From NCBI RefSeq assembly GCF_963921235.1, contig NC_086097.1, positions 94,676,001 through 94,740,000 of the forward strand: a stretch of 64,000 nucleotides of DNA, read 5' to 3'. The position numbers and the translations under genes were made by a program. How positions within the stretch are numbered: position 1 is the first letter of the stretch; every line of letters starts with the position of its first letter. Source of the stretch: Mobula hypostoma. Lineage: Eukaryota. Below are positions 24,631 through 38,090 of the stretch, piece by piece. The notes beneath the pieces were generated by a model. It saw only the letters and a list, made by a program, of their open reading frames with translations, did no database searches and was not told the DNA's origin.

Positions 24631-25279
24631 TATCGAAAGTGGAGAAGTCGTATCCTGATGGCTGAGGCCCAGAGGCCTGTTCTGGAATTGGAGGACTGTC
24701 TGTGTGTGTGGGTGAGAGAGGAAAGGGGCTTGTTTTCTTGTTGCTGTTATTCTTTTTTTTGCTTATTTTGTTGTGTTCTGTGTTGTTCTGTCATTGTGGG
24801 CATGCTCTGTTGGTGCTATAATGTGTGACGACACTTGCCGGCTGCCCCCAGCACATCTTCAGGTGTGTTGGTTGTTAACACAAATATATCTATCTAGAGG
24901 AACAGGGGAGTAGTGGTTCAGGAAGTTGGCCCATCACCACAGTCTCAGCTCAGCCAAGGGTGCTCAACATGCAACAGCCTTGTCAGCAGCTCCTGAAATG
25001 CTGACAGTTCCTTTCCTTGCCACAGATGCCCCTTGGTCTGCTCTGTTTCTTCAGTAGATTGTGGGTTACTCCGGCAAGTCCTACAGCTTCAGGATAACCC
25101 TGGCAACTGGCCACTGGTTGGTTGCCAGAGAAATGGAAAGCAGGTCACTAGAGAGAGCTCATCACCCCTCCTCAAGAGGGGCCTATTAAAGTAACTCAGC
25201 CATACACGGACACTGCATGGAACCCTCCGTCGCCAGGGCAATCGGGCCACAATTGTATAAGACGGCATGAGGCATTGAC

Positions 25280-26860
25280 CAAGTGACACAAGGGCACCTA
25301 TTTCAGAATGCTTTTTCTGGATTTCAGTTTGGCATTCAGCACTATTGTCTCACAGACCACAGTGAAGAAACTCCTACCCCTCAGTCTAAATACACCACTG
25401 TGCAATGGTGTATGTTCCTAATGAACAGACTTCAGATAGTTAGAATGCACAACCACTCCTCCCGCTCCATCATCTTCAATATGGGTTGTCCCCCCCCTCC
25501 GCCCCCAGGGCTGGGTGCTGAGCCATTGTTGTACACTCTGCTCACACACAACTGTGCGACCAAACACCTGAGCAATCACATCGTCAAGTTCACCAACGAC
25601 ATGACAGTGGTGGGCTCGTCACCAATAACGATGAGACGGTTTACCGAGAGGAGGTGGAAGAGCTCGAAGCCTGGTGCCATGCAAATAACCTCTTCCCCAC
25701 TGTCAACAAGAAAAAGGAGGTGGTTATCGACCTCAGGAAAACCTGCACCACTCACACCCCTCTTTACATGGAACTTGTGAGCAGTTTCAAACTCCTGGGA
25801 GTGCACATCTTGCATACAAAATCTCGTGGTCCCAGAACATATCCTACACAAGTCAAGAAAACTCATCAATTCCTGTACTTTCTGATGAGACTGGAGAGAA
25901 CTGAACTTTGCACATCTTCTACAGATGTGCAGTAGAGAGCATCCTAACATGGTGCATTACTGCATGGTATGGAAACTGCACTGCGGCAGACAGGATGACT
26001 CAATAACGGGCAGTTACAACTACTCAGCACATCACCAGACCAACAAGCCCATCATCAAGAATATATACAGGCAGTCCCCGAGTTACGAACGTCTGCCTTA
26101 CGAACAACTCGTACTTACGAATGGAGGAAGGATAACACCGTCCACCATTTTAAGTCAGATCTCGTTGCCGCTAACACTGTGTTGAACGTGTAACTTTGTA
26201 TTTGGCTTAAATTTTTCTTAGCAAGATTCACCCTGACCCCTCTTTTCCAGTCAGAACCGCCTCCACTTGTCCCATTTAACCTGTCTCAGTGCAGGTGGAC
26301 TTTAGGACCCAGGGGAGCTCAGGACCCGCCGCCCGCAGCTGCTGCTGAATCCAGTGTTTCTGTTCCGTTGACGGAAAACGATCACAATTGAAAATAAAGC
26401 GATCGGAAAGAGATGAAACGCCATTGGTCATTGGAAAAGTGTTAAGCTACAGTCGGCCAATGATCGGAACAGTTTTAAAGGATAAAGGATAAAGTGAGAA
26501 TAATGGAGCATGTGAAAGGCCCTGCACCGATGAAAGCTACAATTATTACTAAGCAATGCAGTGGTTTAATTATTGAAACACATACGTTTCTTAAGTGTTT
26601 TATATGCATAGAAAGGTAAAATATATACTATATACTAAGACAAACGTTTGACTAACTGACACTAAATAATACCAGATGTACCTGTTCCGACTTACGTACA
26701 AATCCAACTTAAAGGCGGACACAGGAACGGAACTCGTTCATAACCCGGGGACTGCCTCTATATACAGAGAGATGCTGGAAGAAGACCAGCCAGCAATATC
26801 ATGAAGGATTCCCACCCTGCTTATGGACTGCTTGTCCCACTCCCTTCAGGAAAGATGCTA
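25280..26860 (+). mobile_element. Rex1/Babar-like RT fragment split by a Tigger-like element
   Basis: PLLYTLLTHNCATKHLSNHIVKFTNDMTVVG; EELEAWCHANNL; resumes at 26761 with the cccaccctgc..tcccttcagga 3' motif. Confidence 0.8.
26068..26758 (+). mobile_element. Tigger/pogo-like non-autonomous DNA transposon
   Basis: TA flanks; 24-bp TIRs caggcagtccccgagttacgaacg / cgttcataacccggggactgcctc; remnant CENP-B-like HTH (RKTITIENK...IGTVLKDK) at ~26370-26490. Confidence 0.85.
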
Positions 26861-27945
26861 AGTTTTTAAAAACACAGCTCATAGGGATAATTCAGGAGCC
26901 CCTCACAGAAGGACGTAAGAAATAAAGCCAATTCACTCTTCACTGCAGCCGATCCAGGCAAGTGGATTCATGGAATTGTGCATACCCAGTGGGATGTCAG
27001 ATCCTGATATCTCTCATTTGCTTTATTACAAGGCAATGTTCCTCACTGGAGCCAAATTTAACCCTTTGTGACTGAAGGCTTTTCTGTGGCTAGAAGCGGG
27101 AGAGACTCGGCATTCCCTCGTACCCAGGCTGAAGTTCCTGCCTATAGCGCGGCCTTGTATCCACAGCTGCTTCTCCTGGGAGATTCTCGTTTATTTAGCC
27201 AGTGGTAAACAGTGAGATCTGCCTGCCCTTCAGCAGTTCAAAAGTCAGAGTGTCTGCAGTGGATCAACTAAACAGGCAGCTCTTGTCAACCATGACATTT
27301 CAAACAGAGCTGCAAACTGAAAGTTGCCTGACTTGAGACGACGTTAAAAAAATACGCTCTTTGTTTATGCCTTCTGCTACTTTGCTCCTCATAGCTGGAG
27401 GAGGTGATTCTCACTGAGGGATGGTGGGCCTTGATCAAGAGGTTGCAAGGCAGTTAGAGGGGTGGGGGGGTGTGGTATGGACACAGCATCAAAGGTTACA
27501 GGGAGAAGGCCAGGGAGTGGGGCTGAGGAGGGGGAAAGGAAAGGATCAGCCATGATTGAATGGTGGAGCAGACTCGATGGGCCAAATGGCCTAATTCTGC
27601 TCCTATGTCTTATGGTCTTATGGAATTAGGTGAATTAGCACCCAATTATGTCTTGTTCCTTAAAGGGTCTGCCTGCTGGAGGGCATGGAGGTGGAGGGTC
27701 AGTAGGTGAGTTGGAGAAGCCTCCTGGCAATCTAGGCAGGTACAGTTCCACAGGCACAAAGTAACTCCTGCTCGTCTGCCCAGCCTCAAGACCCGAATTC
27801 CGACTTGGGAATGTGTTGACAAAATCCAGTTGGGTCATGGACGTCACTGACTGAGGACTTGCCTCATGAGGAACAGTACAGGCCCTTCAGCCCTTTACAC
27901 TGTGCTGACCTTTCAATCTCTTCCGAGATCAACCTAACCCTTTCT

Positions 27946-30078
27946 GAATCAGAATCAGGTTTAATATCACCGGCATAGTCGTGAAATTTGTTGTTTTGCA
28001 GTGGTTGTCCATCGGTAATAAATACTATAAATTACAATGAGAAGTAGGTATTAAAACAAATTAAATATGTTGTGCAAAAAGAAAGGGAAAATACTGAGGA
28101 AGTGTTCATGGGTTCATTGTCCGTTCAGAAATCCGATGGCAGAGGGAAAGAAGCTGTCCCTGAAACATTAGGTCTGTATCTTCAGGCTCCTGTACCTCCG
28201 CCATAATGATAGAGATGAGACGGGGTCATCCTGTGTGATAAGGGTGCTTAACGATGGACGCCACCTTTCTGAGGCATCGCCTTTAGTAGTTATCCTGGAT
28301 GTAGGGGAGCCTGGTGCCCACGATGGAATTTCTGCAGCTTTTTCTGATCCTGTTCAGTGGCCCCTCCATCCCAGACGGCGATGCAGCCAGTTAGAATGCT
28401 CTCCATGGTACATATGTGGAAATTTGTGAGTGTCTTTGGTGACATATCAACCCTCCTCAAACTCCTAATGAAATATAGCTGCTGTTGTGCCTTCTTTGTA
28501 ATTGAATCAATATGTTCGGCCCAGGATTGATCCTCGGAGATGTTAACATCCAGAAACTTGAAACTGCTCACCTTTTCCACTTCTGATTCCTTGATGAGGA
28601 CTGGTGTGAGTACCCTTGACTTCCCCTTCCTGAAGTCCACAATCAGTTCCTTGGTATTACTGATGGTGAGTGCAATGTTTTTGCTGTGACACCACTCAGC
28701 CAGCTGATCTCTCTCACTCCTCTATGCCTCCTCATCACCATTTGAAATCCTGCCAACAATAGTGCATTATCAGCAAATTTATAGTTGGTGTCTGAGCTGT
28801 GCCAAGCCACAGAGTCATGAGTGTAGAGAAAGTAGAATAGAGGCCTAATGTGGTGCGCCACTGCTGGTTGTCAGCGAGGAGGAGGTGTCATTTCCGATCC
28901 GCTCAGACCATAGTCTCCCAGTGAGAAAGTCAAGGATCCAATCGCAGAGAAAGGTACAAAGGCTCAGATTTTGGAGCTTTTTGATTAAAACTGAGAGGAT
29001 GACTGTGTTGAACACTGAACTGTAGTCAATGTACAGTAGCCTGATGTAGGTGTTGCTATTGCAGAGAGATGCAAAGCCAAGTCTGCCTAGCCTCAAGCCC
29101 TGAATTCAGACTCGGGAAGGTTTTGACAAAATCCGGATGGTTCATGGACATCACCGACCGGGGCAGTGAGATTGCATCCACTGTACACCTATTGTGGCGA
29201 TAGGCAAATCGCAGTGGGTTCAGGTCCCTGCCTAAGCGGGAGTTAATTCTGGCCATGAACAACCTCTCAAAACACTTCATCACAGTCGATAGTGGGCGGT
29301 AGTCACTGAGACAGCTCACTCTGCTCTTCTTGGGCACTGGTATAAGTGCCACCCTTTTGAAGCAGGTGGCAACCTCCGACTGCACCAATGTGAGGCTGAA
29401 GATGTCCTTGAACACTCCTGTCAGTTGGTTGGCACAGGTTTTCAGTGACCTACCAGGTACATCATAGGGCCAGACACCTTGCGACTGTTTACCCTCTTGA
29501 AATATGTTCTGATGTCGACCTCCGAGACAGAGATCACATGGTCACCGGGTGCTGCTGAGACTCACATAGACATAGTTTTATTCTCCCTTTCAAAGTGAGC
29601 ATAAGAGACATTGAGCTCATCTGGGAGTGAAACATCACAGCCATTCATGATGTTAGGTTTCACTTTGTGGGAAGTAATGGCCTGCAAACCCTGACAGAAC
29701 TGCTGTGCATCTGTGTCTGTCTCCAGCCTCAATCAGAATTGTCTCTGACGCTTAAGATAGTCTTCTGTAGGGGGTCATACCTTGACTTCTTGTATAATTC
29801 TGGATCACCAGTTTTGAATGCCTCAGATCCAGTCCTCAGCAGACTATGAGTCTCCTGGTTCATCCGCATCTATTGATTTTGGTATGTCCGGTACCTTACT
29901 GCTGGCATATACTCACTCACACAGGTCTTGATGAAGCCGGTGACAACTGTGGCATATTCATTCAGATTCGATGATGAACCCCTGAATATTGTCCAATCCA
30001 CTGACTCAAAGCAGTCTTGTAAACGCTCCCCTGCCTCCCTTGGCCATACTGTCTTGGTTCTCATCACTGGTTCCTCCC
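27946..30078 (-). mobile_element. Rex1/Babar-like LINE, 2.1-kb degenerate 3' portion
   Basis: FKDIFSLTL..PVPKKS..SDYRPLST; YIRLLYIDYSSVFNTV; YKFADN; SFKFLDVNISED; (CTGATT)n tail at 27946. Confidence 0.9.
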
Positions 30079-30957
30079 ACTTAGGAATTCTTTTTTCATC
30101 CATGTACCTATCTAAGAGTTTCTTAAATGCCCTTAATTTATCTGCCTCTACCACCACCCCAGCAGTGCACGCACCTCCCTGTGTAAGACCTACCTCTGAC
30201 ATCCCCCCAATGTTTTCCTCTAATCACCTTAAAATTCTGCCCTTATTTTAGCCACTTCTGTTGTGGGAAAAATATTCAAGGTTTAAGATAATTTATTATC
30301 AGTCTTCAGAGTACTCGAGTGTAACAGTTATCCTGGGTCCAATCCTGCTTAAAAAAAACTTAATAAGCATAAAAACACAATAAAAAAACAAAAAACCCCA
30401 CAATAAATGTAAGTATAAAAGCATCCTATGTTCCTATGTACTGTACAAGTCACTGTTTAAGTGTGGCTCTATATACCAGATTAGCTTATATGCATAGACT
30501 GACTGCATTACATAAAGTGCTGCTTGGTGCAGGAGTATCTAAACTTAAGATGTTTCTGCCAGGAAATGATAAAGTTACGAAGGGGATGTGAAGTGAAGTT
30601 GCTGATATGTAAGCAGTGCTGTTGGGGAGTGGTGGGATGGATTTAATGGGTGGAGGTGTCGGTCAGCCTGGCAGCTTGGGTGAGTAGATACTTTTGAGTG
30701 GAGTGGTCCTGGCATGGATGCTGCGTAGCAACTTTCCTGAAGGGAGTGGGACAAGCAGTCCATAAGCTGTCCATCAAGTAGCTCCTCCCTTCTCTCTCTG
30801 TAGGAACTTAGAAGCTGCCAGTTTCCTTGCAGAAGATCCAGACAAACTGTGAGCAGCCTTCACCTCTCTCTCTTAATAACAAGGTGCTTGTGTTGAACAA
30901 CTCTCTCTCTCTTTTTAAAAACACAGTTCATAGGGATAATTCAGGATCCCGTCACAC

Positions 30958-31965
30958 TTCATATACATGAGGAGAAAAACCTTTACGTTACATCTCCATC
31001 TGAAAGTGCAATGTGCAATTTATAATAATTCGTAATAAATAGTATGTACAACAGGACAGTCAGTATAGCATAGAAATACAATTGTATAAGTGAACTAATC
31101 GTCTGATAGCCTCGTGGAAGAAGCTGTCCTGGAGACTGTTGGTTCTGGCTTTTATGCTGTGGTACCGCTTCCCGGATGGTAGCTGCTGGAACAGTTTGTG
31201 GTCGGTGTGACTCAGGTCCCCAGTAATCCTTCAAGCCCTTTTTATGCACCTGTCACTATAAATTTCCTAGATAGTGGGAAGTTCACATCTACAGATGCGC
31301 TGGGCTGTCCACACCACTCTCTGCAGAGGCCTGCGATTAAGGGAGGTACAGTTTTGATACCAGGCAGTGATGCAGCCAGTCAGGATGCTCTCAATCGTGC
31401 CCCTGTAGAAAGTCCTTTGGATTTGGGGGCCCATACCGAACTTCTTCAACCATCTGAGGTGAAAGAGGTGCTGTGGTGCCTTTTTCACCACACAGCCGGT
31501 ACAGTGAAAGACTTTGCTATCCATACAGATGATAACATCACACCGTTACATCAAGATAGTTTGAGGAAAAGGTAACACTAAAATTTATAATGAAGATTGA
31601 AAGAGGAAGCGCACTGCAGGCAGACAATATGATGCAAGGCTATGATGAGGTAGATTATGAGGCCAGAAATCCATTTTATCATAAAACAGGTCTATTCAAT
31701 TGAAGGATTAGCAGGATTAAATAAATAAGTAAAGGTTAGAAACTGTCCTTGAGCCTGGTGATGAATGTTTTCAGGCTTTTGTAAACTAAGGTACAGCTGC
31801 TGCCATGCCTTCTTCATGATTGTACCAAGGTTTTGGGCCCAGTATGGATCGTCTGAGATGTTGATGCCCAGGAACTTGAAGCTGTTCACCCTTTCCACCA
31901 CTCACCCCTGCCCCAATGAAGACTGGTGTCTATCCCCCCAACTTCCCCTTCCTGAAGCCCACACG
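30958..31965 (-). mobile_element. Cluster of Rex1/Babar-like 3' fragments
   Basis: VKKAPQHLFHLRWLKKFGMGPQIQRTFYRGTIESILTGCITAWY; VERVNSFKFLGINISDD. Confidence 0.8.
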
Positions 31966-32669
31966 TAAGGTGAAACTGGGTTCAAAAGCTGATAAACCTA
32001 GCTGGGAGTCTCGCAAGGGTTGCGCTCGGGGTTAAAGCTCTGACCACAGGCCGTGGTATGAAGTTCCAGCTTGGGCTGACGATACATCCAAATCCCGCAG
32101 TGCCTGGTACTTTAGGGAAAGATGCCATGTAAAGGAGTCATTGCAGAATTAACACAGCACTTTTTCACTCATGGTCTGTGATGGGCACTCTGAGCAAGAA
32201 GGCTGTGTGAGCACATTGGGACCTTATCTACACATGAGTGCAGCACTAAGGAACTGGAGCGTCGACGGCCGGGCGGGGGTGGGTGGGGAGAGGGGTGCGC
32301 GGGAGGAGGTCCATGGTTAAGAAGGAAACCTGAGATGAGATCCTGCCTGCCACCTCAAAACGTTGGCTGTATGGTTTCTGGGGACATCCCAAAGCTGTGA
32401 TGGGCTTGGGAGCTGACTTACTGTCTCATTTGGAGTCAAGCTGACAACTCCCATGCCTCGGAGTGCCAGAGTGCCAGAGTCCCAGGTTAAAACCCAACCC
32501 CGGGTGCTATCGGTAAGGTGTTTGTGCATTTTCTGTGTGGTTTCTGCAGGATGTGATAGAGAAAATTGCCATTAGTGTAGAGAGCTACAATGAATGGCTT
32601 GTTTTCTCCCTACCCTCTAATCAATAGCAATAGCCTGGGCAACTTCCTTCTTTAGTTGCTGTACAGGAG

Positions 32670-33060
32670 CCCCAGGACCCACCGCCAGCTTCAGCAACAG
32701 TTACTACCCATCAACCATCAGACTCTTGAGCCAAAGGAGGTAACTTCACTCAACTTCACTTGCCCATCACTGAAATGTTGCCACAACCTAGGGATTCATT
32801 TTCATTGATTCTTCATCCCATGTTCTCAATATTTATTGCTTATTTATTTATTAATTATTATTATTATTATTTCTTTCCTTCTTTTTGTATTTGCACAGTT
32901 CGTTGTCTTTTGCACACTGGTTGAACACCCAATTTGGGGCGGTCTTTCATTGATTCTGTTATGGTTATTAGTCTGTGACTTTATTGAGTATGCCTGCAAG
33001 ATATATATGGTGACATATATGTACTTTGATCATAAGTTTGCTTTGAACTTTGAACTTTGA
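32670..33060 (+). mobile_element. Rex1-like 3' end
   Basis: ttcagcaacagttactacccatcaaccatcagactcttga followed by a (ctttgaa)n tail. Confidence 0.7.
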
Positions 33061-33904
33061 AACCTCTTGGCTTTCCGGCTGGCTGGATTCACTGGTTAGA
33101 CCAAACTTAGTCTTGTGCACGATTCTGGTCACCACGATGTGGTGGAGAGAGCACAGAGAAGACTCACCAAAATGTTAGTTATGGGGAGAAATTGGATAGT
33201 CAGGACTTGTTTTCCCTGGAGCGAAGGAGGTTAAGGGATGACTAAGTGGGGATATGTATGTCAGGAATAGGTAAACCAGAGAGGCGAGTTTTTTTCCCAT
33301 GATTGTGGTATCAAAAGTGAGAGGGCAGAGGTTTGAGATGAGAAGAAGGAGTTTTAAAGGGGAATTGAGGAGTAATTTTGTTTTGCACAGAGAGTGCTTG
33401 GTATCTGGATCGTGCTGCCAAAGTAGTGGTGGAAGCAGATAAAATCACCATCTTTAAGAGACATTTAGACAGACACTTAAATTATTTATTTGGAGTGCTG
33501 CATAGGCAGGGCCCTTAGTATTATCAAGGATCCCACCCATCCATCCAGCATCCTCTTCGACTTACTATGATGCATAAAAACAAGAACGGTCAGGATGAGA
33601 AACAGTTTCTTTCCCCTAGGCCACGAGGCTTCTAAACTCCCTGCCACAAAGTATTCAAAATGTCACTGGTTAATCTGTTCCATACCTCACAATATTTAAT
33701 TTATGCACTTTAGTTTGTTACTTATGGGTGATTCATCCTTACTTTCATAAGTTATCGTATGTTATGTGTATTACTGTACTCTACACTTGGTTCAGAGAAA
33801 TGTTCTCTCATTTCTATATGCATTATATGGTTATATACATTATATACAGTATGTGCATGTAGGTAAATGACAATAAACTTGACTTGACTTGACAACAGCC
33901 ATAT

Positions 33905-34190
33905 GATGAGGCACTCAGCTGGTTGAGGAACATTTGTGGGAGGAAAGAGTTGAAGTTTTGGGCTGAGTTCCTGCTTTGGGGCTGAGAGTGGAGCAGTGAG
34001 AAGGCCAGCACAGAGTGGAGAAGCGGGGTGGCAAGAAAGAATCCTGAGGCAATTCTCAGTCCAGATGTTGGGTTTTGACCCAAAAAGTCAACAATTTCTT
34101 TCATCCCACAGATGCTGCTTGACCCTCAGGTTCCTCCCGCAGATTGTTTATTGCTCCAGATTCCAACGTCTGAAGTTTCTTGTGTTCCTG
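33905..34190. mobile_element. Tail-outward inverted pair of degenerate PLE pLTR ends
   Basis: actcagctggttgaggaacatttgtgggaggaaagagttga (minus copy) versus tcaacaatttctttcatcccacagatgctgcttgaccc (plus copy); resembles 2360-2460. Confidence 0.6.
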
Positions 34191-34236
34191 AGGCATAGAA
34201 GGAGATCGTCCAAATGCAGGCAAATAAAATTAGTGT

Positions 34237-34616
34237 TTGTTCGTTCATAATGTGTCGTGTTAGATGACGTGGGTGGTCATGGTCTTCCCATGACCATGAT
34301 TGTACTTGGCAAATTTTTCTACAGGTGGTTTGCCATTGCCTTCTTCTGGGCAGTATCTTTACAAGACGGGTAAACCCCCAGCCTTTATCAATACTCTTCA
34401 GAGATTGTCTGCCTGGAGTCAGTGATCGCACAACCAGGACTTGTGATATACACCAACTCCTCACACAACCATCCACCACCTGCTCTCATGGCTTCATGTG
34501 ACCCTGCTCAGGGCTAAGCAGGTGCTACACCTTGCCCAAGGGTGACCTGCAGGCTAGCGGAGGGGAAGAGCACCTTACACCTCCTTTGGTTGAGATATAT
34601 CTCCACCCCACCACTC
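34237..34616 (-). mobile_element. RTE-related non-autonomous element/SINE, copy 1
   Basis: Perfect 9-bp TSD aattagtgt (34228-34236 / 34617-34625); gaagaaggcaatggcaaaccacc motif on minus strand (34324-34346); (GAAC)n tail; second copy at 46225. Confidence 0.75.
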
Positions 34617-34947
34617 AATTAGTGTAAATGGATAAAGAGGTCATAAGGGACTTGGTGGGCTGGACTACTCTATGATTTCATGACAAGATGGTGTAATAAT
34701 CTACAGTGTGGGCTGATTAATAGCAGAACATCGTTACAGCAGCTGACACAGTCCAGCACAGTTCTGGAGTGTCTGTTTTCTGTCCATCGCTGAGCCTCTG
34801 CTGCAGCCCCTTCGGCTCCAGTGTTGCAGTCACTGCTTTCTATTCGTTCATGGGGTGTGGATGTCCTCCTTGCCGCTGATCCCAGGGGACAGGAAAGAGT
34901 CAACCACAAGGAACATTCACTGCTCTCTATTCATTAATGGGACACGG

Positions 34948-35724
34948 GAGGAATTGGTGTTGACTTCAGAAGGAGTAGCGGACTGCACGACCCCATTTAC
35001 ATTGGTGCTGCACAAGTGGAACAGGCCAAAAGCTTTAAGTTCCTCGGGGTCAATATCACAAATGACCTGACTTGGTCCAACCAAGCAGAGTTCACTGCCA
35101 AGAAGGCCCACCAGCGCCTTTACTTCCTGAGGAAACTAAAGAAATTTGGCCTGTCCCCTAAAACCCTCACTAATTTTTATAGATGCACCGTAGAAAGCAT
35201 TCTTCTAGGGTGCATCACAACCTGGTATGGAAGTTGTCCTGTCCAAGACCGGAAGAAACTGCAGAAGATCGTGAACACAGCCCAGCACATCACACAAACC
35301 AATCTTCCGTCCTTGGACTCACTTTACACCGCACACTGTTGGAGCAGTGCTGCCAGGATAATCAAGGACATGACCCACCCAGCCAACGCACTTTTCGTCC
35401 CTCTTCCCTCCGGGAGAAGGCTCAGGAGCTTGAAGACTCATACGGCCAGATTTGGGAACAGCTTCTTTCCAACTGTGATAAGACTGCTGAACGGATCCTG
35501 ACCCGGATCTGGGCCGTACCCTCCAAATATCTGGACCTACCTTTCTGTTTTTTTGCACTACCTTACTTTCCATTTTCTATTTTCTATTTATGATTTATAA
35601 TTTAAATTTTTAATATTTACTATCGATTTGTACTCCAGGGAGTGCGAAGTGCAGAATCAAATATCGTTGTGATGATTGTACGCTCTAGTATCAATTGTTT
35701 GGCGACAATAAAGTATAAAGTATA
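34948..35724 (+). mobile_element. Young 5'-truncated Rex1/Babar-like LINE
   Basis: Intact 161-aa C-terminal ORF (SFKFLGVNITNDLTW...PLPSGRR...NSFFPTVIRLLN); aataaagtataaagtat tail; 12-bp TSD aatgggac(a/g)cgg at 34936-34947 / 35725-35736. Confidence 0.9.
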
Positions 35725-36466
35725 AATGGGACGCGGATGTCCATCCCTCCTTGCCGCTGATCCCAGGAGACAGTAAGGAACAGCATGTTGCACAGCTGGT
35801 GGAGGTGTTGCCTCACAGTGACAAAGATCCTGGTTCTGGCAGCTTCTTCCCGTATCTCTTTTTGTGAGAAAATTGCTCTTCAGGTTGCTATTAAATATAT
35901 TCCCTCTCACCTGAAACCTACACCCTCTAGTTCTTCAGTCCCCAACCACATGTGCATTCACCCTGAGAATGCCCACCGTGGGGAAGGGGTTCATTGTTGT
36001 CACATGGACCGAGATAATGAAAAACTCCGTTCTGCATGCTACCCATACAGGTCTTTTCATCATACCGAGAGATTGAAATGATATAAGAAAGCAGAATAAA
36101 GAGTTAAGGTTACAGAGAGAGTACAGTGCAGTGCAGACAATAAGGTGCAAAACCATAACAAGATAGATTGTGAGGTTAAGAGTCCATCTTATTGTACATA
36201 AGGTCAGTTCAATAGGCTCACCACGGCCAGGTGGTACATAGAAATGTAGAAATCTACAGCACAGTACAGGCCCTTCGGCCCACAATGTTGTGCCGACCAT
36301 GTAACCTACTCTAGAAACTGCCTAGAATTTCCCTAGCGCATAGCCCTCTATTTTACTAAGCTCCATGTACCTATCTAACAGGCTCTTAAAAGACCCTATT
36401 GAATCCAAAAGACACTAGTGTATGAGCTTTCAGGTTTTTGTATCTTCTAGCAGAGGGAAGAAAGGA

Positions 36467-37507
36467 GAACATAGAACATAGAACATAGAATAGTACAGCA
36501 CATTACAGGCCCTTCGGCCCACAATGTTGTGCCAACCCTTATAAGCCCCCACCTTAAATTCCTCCATATACCTGTCTAGTAGTCTCTTAAACCTCACTAG
36601 TGTATCTGCCTCCACCACTGACTCAGGCAGTGCATTCCACACACCAACCACTCTCTGAGTAAAAAACCTTCCTCTAATATCCCCCTTGAACTTCCTACCC
36701 CTTAACTTAAAGCCATGTCCTCTTGTATTGAGCAGTGGTGCCCTGGGGAAGAAGTGCTGGCTATCCACTCTATCTATTCCTCTTATTATCTTGTACACCT
36801 CTATTATGTCTCCCCTCATCCTCCTTCTCTCCAAAGAGTAAAGCCCTAGTTCCCTTAATCTATGATCATAATGCATACTCTCTAATCCAGGCAGCATTCT
36901 GGTAAATCTCCTCTGTACCCTTTCCAATGTTTCCACATCCTTCCTATAGTGAGGCGACCAGAACTGGACGCAGTACTCCAAGTGTGGCCTAACCAGAGTT
37001 TTATAGAGCTGCATCATTACATCACGACTCTTAAACTCTATCCCTCGACTTATGAAAGCTAACACCCCATAAGCTTTCTTAACTACCCTATCTACCTGTG
37101 AGGCAACTTTCAGGGAACTGTGGACATGTACCCCCAGATCCCTCTGCTCCTCCACACTACCAAGTATCCTGCCATTTACTTTGTACTCTGCCTTGGAGTT
37201 TGTCCTTCCAAAGTGTACCACCTCACACTTCTCCGGGTTAAACTCCATCTGCCACTTCTCAGCCTACTTCTGCATCCTATCAATGTCTCTCTGCGATCTT
37301 CGACAATCCTCTACACTATCTACAACACCACCAACCTTTGTGTCATCTGCAAACTTGCCAATCCACCCTTCTACCCCCACATCCAGGTCGTTAATAAAAA
37401 TCACGAAAAGTAGAGGTCCCAGAACAGATCCTTGTGGGACACCACTAGTCACAATCCTCCAATCTGAATGTACTCCCTCCACCACGACCCTCTGTCTTCT
37501 GCAGGCA
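36467..37507 (-). mobile_element. Young CR1 3' portion (same subfamily as 49790-52150)
   Basis: [38 protein letters not shown]; one stop at 37264; (TTCTATG)n tail. Confidence 0.95.
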
Positions 37508-37809
37508 AGAAGAGAGAATGCCCATGGTGAGTGGGGTCTTCGATTCTGTTGGCCGCCTTGCCGAGGTGATAAGAAATGTAGACAGAGGAGATGAGGGTGT
37601 GTAGAAAGTACAATAGGTTTAGTGTAAATGATTGGCTGATGGTTATGGGAATTCACTGAGTGACTCTGTGACTTTATATAGGCCAGGCTGGGTTAAGACA
37701 GTTGACTTTCTGCTCCGAGGGACACCAAAGGATCACATAGGGTTTTTCCAGCAATCTAGCTGTCATTTCATTTCAGATTTATTTAAATAGGGAAGTTAAA
37801 TTTAGTTAT

Positions 37810-38090
37810 TTAAAGATACAGTGCAAAATAGACACTTCTGACCCTTCGAGCCACACCCCCAGCAACCCCTGATAACCCCAATTAACCCTAACCTAATCGC
37901 TGGACAATTTACAACATCCAGGTATGTCTTTGGACTGTGGGAGGGAACTGGAGGAGCTGGAGAAAACCCATTCATTCCACGGGGAGGAGGTATAGAGACT
38001 CCTTACAGAGGATGCTGGGACTGAAGTTTGAACTCTAATGCCCCGAGCTGTAATTGTGTGGTGTTAACCGCTATGCGACCATGATGTCCA
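37810..38090 (-). mobile_element. V-SINE (HE1-like), degenerate
   Basis: Reverse V-domain ggtatgtctttggactgtgggagggaactggaggagctggagaaaaccca; tRNA-like head near 38040-38085. Confidence 0.65.

Noticed and set aside
26882..26890. TAGGGATAA resembling half of an I-SceI site (also at 30931)
   Set aside because: Only 9 of 18 bases match; chance similarity within a local duplication.
34067..34095. Additional functional hammerheads (also 56365-56403)
   Set aside because: Core residues are mutated (CAGATGT/AAAA; CTGACGC with broken stem II); recorded only as relics.
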